A stretch of DNA of 34,186 nucleotides from Macrostomum lignano (Eukaryota): assembly GCA_002269645.1 (NCBI GenBank), contig NIVC01004823.1, positions 1 through 34,186 on the forward strand, given 5' to 3'. The translations under genes and the position numbers were made by a program. Shown here piece by piece: positions 1 through 8,883 of the stretch (positions are counted from its first letter, which is position 1; every line of letters starts with the position of its first letter). The notes under the pieces were generated by a model that saw only the letters and a list, made by a program, of their open reading frames with translations, was not told where the DNA came from and did no database searches.

Positions 1-23
1 CTCCTCTAACCAAAATTTGGCAG

Positions 24-428
24 GGTAATCAAGTGCATCGGCTGCACCCACGGCTGCATGGACTCGTACACTGGCAGCGAGGCTGACATAGTTTCGCCCC
101 AGATTCACGCTTGCCTAAGCAAACTTAAGCAGTATAATCCAGTCGCGTTTAGAGCCTACCTTGAGCAGCTGGTCGCCGGCAATTCAATGCAAGAATTAGT
201 CGACATTCTTCACGCCTTCACCGGATTCTGCATGGATCCGGCTGTGCACACGTCGCCTAAACCGGGCGCGCATCACGAGCAGAAGAATTCTTACGGTACA
301 AATTTTGGTCAGGTAGCCGACGGCGAAGGCACCCGGGCAGCGAGGGTATCGTCATTGCCAGCCTACTGCGCCCTCTGCTAGCCAAGTTTGTGACCTACAG
401 AAAGGAACTGGCCTCCCAAGAGAATATG
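24..428 (+). CDS. unc-80: UNC-80 exon 1 in window (contains a 1-nt frameshift near 337)
   Basis: Branch-like CTAAC at 6-10, acceptor CAG 21-23, donor ATG|GTAAG at 429. First frame reads VIKCIGCTHGC...LHAFTGFCMDP...NFGQ. The frame starting at 342 reads EGIVIASLLRPLLAKFVTYRKELASQENM, matching recalled UNC80 EGIIVSAMFKSLITRC...ELHSPENL. Confidence 0.88.
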
Positions 429-686
429 GTAAGCTTCAGTTCAAACTAAGTTTTGGCAACTTAGTTTGAACAAGGCTTAAGTTGGCAGACCACTTAACTG
501 ACCTCTGAGCATGCATACACACGCTTACACATTGTATACAGGGACTCTTAAATTTCTTATCGAATCAAACCCAGGGTTCTTAGAGCGAAATTTAGCAACA
601 TTACCTAGATCTACCAAGTAGTAACCAGGGCATTTTTATGATAGCATCTTGGATAATTTTTTAAAGTTCCCATTGCATTTTTTCAG

Positions 687-1193
687 CCTCTCTATTCGGA
701 CGTGAGAAATTTGTTAAACTATCTGCGCGAAGTGCATGGCTGCACGTTTCGTCGAACTCTGCTCACCGGCCTGCTCGACTGCATCCAGCGGCGTCGTAAA
801 AATCGACGCGACTCGAACGGTGCCGCCGCCGGTAACGTTGACCGACCCTCGCGCGTCTCCGTTGCTAGTGACAACTCGGATGGCGGCGAGACTGCCGCTA
901 CAAAGTCACCAACGTCGAGGGCGCCAAGCGTCACTAGCGAAAGCCATCGCGGCGCTGCTCAACGAGGAGCTCAACGCGGCGGTCGATGCGATCGACGCAG
1001 CCTGTCGCCGTTTTTTATAGCGGCTGCCACCACCAGCGATAGCGAAGGCCTTAACGATCGTCTAGGATCGCCTGGCAGCTCCGACGCTGAGGAGTCGCCG
1101 TGTCGACGTCGGGGCGGCAGCGGCGGAGTGCCGTCGCATCGCAGGAAAGGCTTCAAATCGGACACCGATGACGATTCAGACAAGCAAAATCAG
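687..1193 (+). CDS. unc-80: UNC-80 exon 2
   Basis: TTTCAG|CCT acceptor, phase 0. PLYSDVRNLLNYLREVHGCTFRRTLLTGLLD resembles recalled LYCDIRQLVQFIKEAHGNVFRRVALSALLD. A Ser/Arg-rich tail follows; donor CAG|GTGCTC. Confidence 0.9.
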
Positions 1194-1689
1194 GTGCTCA
1201 TTTGTTAAAAATTGCACATCATGACAACAGTGAGGTTTTAAGTTAGCGGAAGTGACTTTTTGGTGGTGTGAGATTCGGAGAGTTTGAAGCCTCGGGCATG
1301 CAAAAGCAGCTCAAATTGAAAAGCGCACTAAATTTAGCCTATATTTAACTGTGAATTAGTCACTTCTGGCGGTAATGGGTTAGTGCGTTATTCCGATCAA
1401 TTTAACTTACCTGGATAAACTTGGATAAACTTGGATATTTTAGGCGAAAAACAGGCTAGCTCAGTGGTTAACGTGCCCTGGCTTGTGCACAAAAATTCAC
1501 ATTGGACTTGTCGTACAATTATCACCAACGTCTGAGGCACTGAGAGTGTACATGCCTGATGATTTGAAAGTCAGATCAACTGTGTTAGCCTGTGTTTGCG
1601 CCTTTGGCAGTGCCCAAAGCCCCCCTACAAACTACATGTAACTAACATCACCGCGCTCACTTCCTTATTTGCTTCGCTTCCCCCAACAG

Positions 1690-2347
1690 CGCAAGAAAAT
1701 GAGCTTCCGAGCGGCCGGTCAGGCCACACTAAACTTCCTAACGGCTAAGAAGCGCCTAGAAGAGACCATACGCGATCGAGTTCGTCGATCGATGCTGAAA
1801 CGCGAGCGCAGCTTCGACGAGCTGCCACCAGGCGTGCTATCGGCGGACGCCTCACTGCAATCGGCTGGCATGGGCGGCCCTGGCGGCGGTGCCGGCGCTT
1901 CCGTTATGCGCCAGCGTCGAATAATCAATTGTCAATTGTTGCACAGCGGCATGTCATTGTTCCGCTTCCTGTTGGACTCGTGCCATCCAGGCGTGGTGCC
2001 GGAGCCTCAGCTAGTAGCGGCTATGCTAGATCTAGAAGCTCCTGTTGTGGCTAGAGCCTGCGTCTTGTTGGAGTGCGCAAATTTTGTTCAACGCTGCGGT
2101 AAAGGCGATTGGCCAACCTGGATGCGCTCCTGGGGTCCCGGCTGCAAACCGAAACGAACGATGGCTATGCAAAGAATGGCAGGTCATTTGTTCCACGCTT
2201 GGGCGGAAACTCTTGGCAGTCGGTTGGAGTATTTTCTTAAAATTGAAGTGGCCACCGATCGGTTCGGCTCAGTGCAAGAAGTCCAAGACGACGCCCGACG
2301 GAGGGCGTTGCAACGGGAGGACGAAATGGAAAACTTTTTGGTTGATT
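1690..2347 (+). CDS. unc-80: UNC-80 exon 3
   Basis: ACTAAC branch near 1640, CAACAG|CGC acceptor. RKKMSFRAA...FRFLLDSCHPGVVPEPQLVAAMLDLEAPVVARACVLLECANFV...REDEMENFLVD; donor T|GTGAGT, phase 1. Confidence 0.93.
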
Positions 2348-2564
2348 GTGAGTCGCTTAGTATGTTGTAAAACTACTGTACGAGTCATTTGTATTCTAGG
2401 CATTAGTTCAGATATAGAATTATTAGCAAAATTACATGGATAAGATGAACATTGCTAGCCTCTGATACCTATTCACGATTTAGTAGTCTAGTCATAATGC
2501 TTTTTGGGAAAGCTTATGTCTTAGGGGGAGGGTGACAAATAATTTAACTGGGCGCTATCATTAA

Positions 2565-3097
2565 GGGCGCCAAAGCTAATTCGGGCGCCAAAGCTACTGC
2601 AATTGGGGCGCCAAAGCTACTGCAATTGGGGCGCCAAAGCTATTGCAATTGGGGCGCCAAAGCTACTTGAGGCGCCAAAGCTGCTGCAATTGGGGCGCCA
2701 AAGCTACTGCAATTGGGGCGCCAAAGCTACTGCAATTGGGGTGCCAAAGCTACTTTAGGCGCCAAAGCTACTGCAATTGGGGTGCCAAAGCTACTGCAAT
2801 TGGGGCGCCAAAGCTACTGCAATTGGGGCGCCAAAGCTACTTGAGGCGCCAAACTACTGCAATTGGGGTGCCAAAGCTACTGCAATTGGGGCGCCAAAGC
2901 TACTGCAATTGGGGCGCCAAAGCTACTGCAATTGGGGCGCCAAAGCTACTTGAGGCGCCAAAGCTACTGCAATTGGGGCGCCAAAGCTACTTGAGGCGCC
3001 AAAGCTACTGCAATTGGGGCGCCAAAGCTACTGCAATTGGGGCGCCAAAGCTACTTGAGGCGCCAAGGCTGCTGCAAGGGGCACCAAATCTGCAAGG
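2565..3097. repeat. Intronic minisatellite, about 25 units of 23 bp and 18 bp
   Basis: Long unit TGGGGCGCCAAAGCTACTGCAAT (23 bp) interspersed with short unit TGAGGCGCCAAAGCTACT (18 bp); counted by eye. Confidence 0.97.
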
Positions 3098-3212
3098 TTT
3101 TAGCTAATTAATATAGAACTAAAATGAGAAGTTTCAGTTCTCCTACTAATAGCCGTCTCCAGTTAATGCTCAATATCGGCCACCCAAATCCTAATCCCTT
3201 AAATTTAATCAG

Positions 3213-3476
3213 CAACTGTGAACGAATCTGGCGACGCCTGTCCTCACGCTCTCAAAGCGGTGGCAGTCACCCTGCTGCTAGAGATCACTCATTTCCTACG
3301 CGACGTGTTCCCGAACCTGCCCAAGCCAAAGTCCGTGTCGTCTAGTCGCGGCGGTCGCGGCGGTGGCGGCGCCGGCGGCGGCGGAATCTGGGAGAAACTG
3401 CCGGTAGCCAGCAGTCCTATATCTGATGAACCAACGTCTTCCGTTGGATCCAATGTGCAAGAGTTCGCCAGTGAAG
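3213..3476 (+). CDS. unc-80: UNC-80 exon 4
   Basis: AATCAG|CA acceptor. The junction gives ENFLVDSTVNESGDACPHALKAVAVTLLLEITHFLRDVF, matching recalled ENFLDDSTVNPSKCGCPFALKMAACQLLLEITTFLRE. Donor AAG|GTTCGT; 264 nt, phase 1-1. Confidence 0.92.
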
Positions 3477-3639
3477 GTTCGTTTTTAAACTAATTTGCAA
3501 ATCAATCAATTTAGATTGTAGACACGGGTAAAACTGTTAAGCCAAGACGTCAAGATTCGATCGATAAAAATTTACGTAAAATAGTTGATAATTCATTTTT
3601 TCAAATAGGATTTACGTAGTAAAAATACGTAATCTCAAG

Positions 3640-3775
3640 TATAGTAATATTTACTATACCTATTATTAATTAATTATAGGTATAGTAATTAATATAGTAA
3701 TTAGTTAATAAGTATTAATTATAACTACTATAATTAATCTTAAGTATAGTAATAATAGGTAATATTACTATTAAA
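3640..3775. repeat. AT-rich low-complexity tract (TATAGTAAT/TTAAT-like)
   Basis: Nearly pure A/T with recurring AGTA/TAGTAAT words in intron 4. Confidence 0.7.
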
Positions 3776-4070
3776 AGATCTACTTTTTTAAGTTTCATCA
3801 GCTCAAAATTTCTTATTATCAAAAGAACAAAATCTTTCTCAAGCTTGAAGTATTACTTCGAGCTTCGCAACTTCGAACTTCGCAAGTCTTGCATCCGCTA
3901 GAAAAACAATTCAGAGCTTGTAAAAGAAACCGGTCAAACCGACTATAGAAATTGTGTGCAAGTATCCAAGAATTTCAGGTAATCTAGTTTCAATTGACAG
4001 CAATTGGAGCAAACAATCATCGGTAGTCGATCTTCAGCATAGTGTCCGCTTCCTTCAACTATCCTTGCAG

Positions 4071-4263
4071 AGCTGCCGTCGGCAGTGCACCCGAACAGTG
4101 GCCATCAGGCGGCCGGACACACGGTCAGTAGTGCGGCAACCGTGGCCGGTCCTCGGCGAATCAGTTTCGCAGTGCCACCGACCGCTTCGTCGCATTCGCA
4201 CGCCAGCGGCACAGCCGCACATCCGACGGTGACACCAGTTGCCTCCTCCGCGACGGCGGCTGC

Positions 4264-4300
<37 letters not shown>

Positions 4301-4397
4301 CACGAGTCTCGAAGTCCGACTCACAGTTCCGTAACCAGCTTAGACAACATTGAGGATAGTCAGCATCTGATATCGCCTAGCGGACCCGATCGGCGAG
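4071..4397 (+). CDS. unc-80: UNC-80 exon 5 (low complexity, poly-Gly)
   Basis: CCTTGCAG|AG acceptor; GC-rich open frame with RRISF and 12 Gly; donor GAG|GTGAGT; 327 nt, phase 1-1. Confidence 0.85.
4265..4300 (+). repeat. (GGC)11GGT coding microsatellite (Gly12)
   Basis: Uninterrupted GGC run inside exon 5. Confidence 0.97.
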
Positions 4398-5641
4398 GTG
4401 AGTTTTAATTGGGAAAATTTATTAGAAGCATAATAAATAGTGCATGCGCGCCCGTCCGCATTATTTCTAGTTTGGTTTCAACTTGGTGCTGTTTGAATAT
4501 AACCAATCGAAGTTAATTGGATGCTTGTGGATGCTTGGTTGTTTATTATGGATTATATCGTACGTATTAACTTAGCTTTAGTCCCTTGTGTATTGCTACT
4601 AGTAGCTACACTGACCTTGCTTACTTACCGATATCGCATTTAATTAAAATGTGTGTTTTACTTTTAAATATTCCGTGCCAGCTTTTTAACTGGTAGTTTT
4701 CAAGCGTCCTTAAACGTAGTTTTTTATAAGCTTTAGAGAACTATATAATCAACAGGGACGCCTGAAAACAGAAAAAATCTAGTATGATTTTCCAAAAACT
4801 CGTAAATTGCCGTTTATACCGCTTAAGTCATTTTAAAATGCAATTTTATTAACGCCCTTAGATGTTTGTATTTTACGTGCAATTGTTTTGCTCCGGTTAG
4901 CTATTACCTCCTTTAAGGTATTTGAGTCGAATAATTTAGGTTATACTTCGTAATTAGAACCGAGATAAAAGCTAAGCTAAGTTTAAGTGTATTCTTGGGC
5001 TACGCCAAGTGCGAGTAATCATGCTTCCCAGGCGCTATGCACTCACTAACTATTTGTTTTGTTGTGATTTTTATGTACATGTAGTTCATAGCTACTTAGT
5101 TAGTTGCCTTAATGTCGAGTGAACTTGCACACTACAAGCTACATAGCCTGATTTACCGTTTGCTATGTCTAATTCTCTGACTGTTTCCGCGTTGTGTGCT
5201 GTATGCTTCCAGTTCATAAAAGACAAATGCAACCGCATTTTCATTGTCGGCATCTTCAATCAATTTTTTTGCTAGAGAAAGCTAAATATAGCCTAGCCTG
5301 CTAAATTGTTAAAAATCTGCGTTAATATTTGACTAAAAAATCATTAAAGGATTTAAACTTTGAAGAATATTCTCAAATAGATTGCAATTGTTTCGGGTTG
5401 TATTTTTACTAATTTTTTTGTTGTTCTCTCTGTGTTGTTTCGATTATTATAGCTTTCGTCAAGCTATCTCAGCCTAGGGATATAAAAGGCCGGGGACTAA
5501 AATCTATGCCCATAGAGCTGGTATTGTAATTACCAGCGAACCAGTGGTATTTTTCTATCTCTATTTTACAAGGCGCTGTTTTTTACCATTCATCAATCAT
5601 CGATGTCCATAGTCAATTTTTGTGTAGCAAATGTGCTGAAT

Positions 5642-6352
5642 CCAATTTTACGAAGCTCTTTATAAGTCTACCACTGGTACGAGCGTAAGAAATTATTGAT
5701 AAAATCAAGCAAATTTTAATCCACCCTCGAAGCAGGATCAAAGCCAACTATACTAATTGCAGACTAGCATTCTGAGCATGGATCTGCTCCAATTGTGGGA
5801 TGTCGGTGTCGAACGACGCCGGTCTCGTCGTGTTTATATTGATAGAGCATCCACGGACAACGATGGCGACTTTGTTCAGCGCTTTAGAATGTGCTTTGAC
5901 ACGTTTCAACAATTGGGCGGCGGATCGCACCCGTGCCCTAGTCAATGTACACTCTGGTGTGGATAAGAGAGAGCGGGAGTGGAGGGGGTGGGTCCAAGCT
6001 GATTCATTCAAGGATTCATGCTTAAAGGAAGGCTTGAGCCTTAAGCCTGTCTTTTAAGTTTAAGAATCAACGCAAGGAAATAGAGAGCTGTAGCCAGTCA
6101 GCTAATCTTTCAGCTCAGCGAGATAGAAATAGGAACGCAGTTTCCTTCAGTGTCTATGGGCCAACTTCCAAATATGGGCTTATATAATAATGTTTTCATT
6201 CATAATTTTTACGCATTGATTGATTAACCGCCAAAGTTAATTCGTAAAATTATCAGTGCTTCGTAAAATCGAAATTATCAGCACTGGTAACGGGTAGGCT
6301 ACCAGTGGTATTTTATCACTGGTTATTAACCAGTGCTTCGTAAAATTGGCCC
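5642..6352. mobile_element. Internally deleted PIF/Harbinger-like DNA transposon
   Basis: CCAATTTTACGAAGC (5642-5656) is the exact reverse complement of 6335-6349; TACCACTGGTA (5669-5679) is inverted at 6300-6310; the right end reads GGCCC. Internal ORF 5757-5966 contains RRRSRRVY...DGDFVQRFRMCFDTFQQL, resembling the N-terminal D-x-x-F-x-x-x-FRM-x-x-x-TF motif of Harbinger nucleases. No clean TSD. Confidence 0.6.
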
Positions 6353-6358
6353 TGGAAC

Positions 6359-6540
6359 CATGCTATTTCAGCCTGAGACAAGCAAACTTAGCCATTCATT
6401 TACAATTGTTGCTTGTCCAAGGCTGATAGAGCATCGCTCTTAAAGCTGTGTCCCTACCTACCTTGGATATTCGTGTCTCGAAAAAGATGGATAACAAATG
6501 CTGGTAGAGATTTCATTTGCCTATAGGCTGAGATAGCATG
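6359..6540. mobile_element. Small MITE-like element, 16-bp terminal inverted repeat
   Basis: CATGCTATTTCAGCCT (6359-6374) and AGGCTGAGATAGCATG (6525-6540) match at 15/16; a further GCTATCTCAGCCT copy lies near 5463. Confidence 0.5.
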
Positions 6541-6602
6541 AAAAAATCTATACTAGTCCCAGCTAGACCTGAATCTTTCTTGGCTTGCTTGTTGTAATAG
6601 TA

Positions 6603-7005
6603 TACCTTTTTGCTTCCTATTTGGTTTTTACTACGTACAATTTGGTGCGTTGCAAAGAGCCCAGCTAGCAGAGTTCAGATTCACCATAGACCAGGCAACT
6701 TGGTTTTTTGTTATCAATTAGTTTTAATTGACGAACATCAAACTCGAAATACGACTCGTAATTCACGCATGCATTCACTGTCCTCTCTCATGTCCACCAG
6801 ACTGATTTTAGTGTATGGTCCTCTACGTGCCGTTCTTAGCCATGCCTTCCAACTGTGGCTCAAATTTTTCGCAGTTCAAATTCAAATTGATATCTAGTTG
6901 TCTTTGGCTTTCTGTGGCTTGTCCTTCTAAAATCTCTGCTGTTTAATGTTGACGGCCACGCACCAATTTGAGTGAAGTAAAAGCCAAATAGGACGCAAAA
7001 AGGTA
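6603..7005. mobile_element. MITE, 403 bp, with 29-50 bp terminal inverted repeats
   Basis: TACCTTTTTGCTTCCTATTTGGTTTTTAC (6603-6631) matches the reverse complement of 6977-7005 at 27/29, and similarity continues inward (CAA.TTGGTGCGT). Left flank TA, right flank TC (possibly a decayed TA TSD, Tc1/mariner-type). Confidence 0.75.
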
Positions 7006-8526
7006 TCAATTCTTTCGAGATTGTGATTTCCGTGTTGTGGTAATACTAGAGCTAAATAATTTTACTCTACTATTTACTGAGAAGCTAATTACTTAAGCTC
7101 CTTTAAACATCTGAACCATATTAATTCAAACAGGTGAAAAACCGATCGCAAAGGTTTTACTCTGGTTGCACGCACTTATCGTTACCGGTGTTGTAGTCTT
7201 TGTGATAAACACTGTCTAAATACTCGTACCTGTAGTTTCGGCACGAGTACCATGTCCTCACCGCTTTCGTCTGTAGCTACCGCACTGCTGGCGCTTGGGA
7301 ACATGCAAATTTAGACCTAACAAAGAGAAGAATTTATATTGTCGAAAAAAATATAGATTATACTTTTTAGACAAAAATATCTTCTACTCGCTAATTGTTT
7401 TAATTTCCTGGTGCTTCTCTGGAAGTTCGTCGCTCATGTTACATACTAGCTACTCCATTCATTTTTTGTCATTCATATCAACCATGCATGGTTTATGCAC
7501 ATTCAGGAGTTAATTTTAGCTAACTCCACGTATTTATGAAAACGTTTCGATGAAGAATAATTGTTAAAAATCCTTTAAGCAAACACGCCAATACGTTTTG
7601 TTATAATGTAAAATTCGTGATATCTCAAGCGCAAAGCGTCTCAAAATTGAAACCATTGTTCAACTTGGTGGTCGTATGCTTGATCTTGTTTTAGCAGCGG
7701 CACTGAAATGTAAAGACATACTAAAGTGGTAGCTAAGTCGACGTAACGCTTCAATAACAATCATAAAAACTCATTTTAATACCCAGTTTCACTTTACAAT
7801 GCATTAACGGGATAGGAGTTGTACAGATTTTTTTGTGAAAAAATTTCAAAGTGAAGTCAACTTACGCGCTGGAATGGAAAGTATAGCGACCAAACTGAGA
7901 CTGCAATCAGTAACTTGTCAGGCCAGCCGATTAAAAACGCAGAAACATCCCATCCGCTGTCGGGTTTGGTCATGAGCTTGTGTATGGGCACTCCTTGAGG
8001 CAGAAAATCTTCAAACGAAATTAACCCGCTGATTGACATAATTATAAACAAAGATACATTTAAAAAAATATCGAAGCAACATTTTTCTTGAATTTCGCAA
8101 AATTTTTTATAGTGTTTAGTAGTAATTCCTATAAATCAAAGTTCGTACGAGTATAATAGCTTAGTATAATAGTATAATAGTATAGTATAATACGATATAA
8201 TAGCTTGAAACTACCTTAAGTTTAGTGCATCGCTCGTACTATAGCTTCAAATGCTGTTCGATAATCCGAAAAGTTGAAAAAACAGCCAACTTAGAATAAA
8301 AACTGAGGTTTTTCCCACAACCATCACTATTGTATTTTAAAAAGAAATTGGGTATTTAAATGCATTTCCATAATTTGTAAGCTTTACGTCGAAAATATAT
8401 ATACCAATCCTTTTACTAACAGCTGCGATTGTTCCAATTGCTTCGTAGACAATGGCAACGAAGAAAACAAATGCTAACAAAACAATGTTGAACAAATTAA
8501 TTAATGAAACGAATATGCACGTGCAG

Positions 8527-8883
8527 GACTGCACAATCTAATACCGACTGGATTGGTCAGCATCGCCCTGCTAGCCACCGGCAGGAGCGGCGGCGGCGGC
8601 AGCGGAAGCGCCAATCCGCTTATTGGCGCCAGTGGCAGGTCCCTGTCCGCCCAGTCGAGGCCCCTGTTATCCCCAAGTGGCAGCAGCGGTCACCAGCAGC
8701 CGCAGCATCAGTTATCTGTGCAATCGGATTTAAGCCCAGCCGAGTCTAATTCCACATCCATAGCAGCTAATGCCGCTAGTTCAGCGCCTAGGTTCTGGTT
8801 CTGGCACGCGTCTGGTAGTGGGGCGTTCAGGCCGCCGCTGTCCAGAGACGCCAGTTCTAGCACGGCTCGTAGTGACGATTCTG
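8527..8883 (+). CDS. unc-80: UNC-80 exon 6 (Ser/Gly/Ala-rich)
   Basis: GC-rich island. GTGCAG|GA acceptor gives phase 1 into ORF 8553; donor CTG|GTAATA; 357 nt. No conserved motif recognised, so boundaries are less certain. Confidence 0.68.

Noticed and set aside
719-1183. Antisense and alternate-frame ORFs over exons (also 1719-1928, 4055-4324, 8708-8956, 16065-16431, 29916-30178, 31526-31796)
   Set aside because: They are shadows of GC-rich unc-80 coding sequence, with no independent splice or homology support.
1454-1520. tRNA gene or tRNA-derived SINE head (GCTAGCTCAGTGGTTAA, A-box-like)
   Set aside because: No B-box (GTTCRA) and no cloverleaf downstream.
2565-3097. CRISPR-like array, or the 154-aa repeat ORF 2643-3107
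   Set aside because: Units are head-to-tail with no unique spacers, there are no cas genes, and it lies in a eukaryotic intron. The ORF is a by-product of the repeat.
6462-6520. Minus-strand exon candidate QMKSLPAFVIHLFRDTNIQ, and a coding-looking minus frame near 6830-6940
   Set aside because: Both lie inside the inverted-repeat-bounded MITE-like elements and do not chain into a gene.
8790-8810. Out-of-character RFWFWH in Ser/Gly-rich exon 6, reading GSGSG in another frame (possible compensated frameshift or micro-intron)
   Set aside because: The main frame stays open to a phase-correct donor; nothing in the sequence requires a shift.
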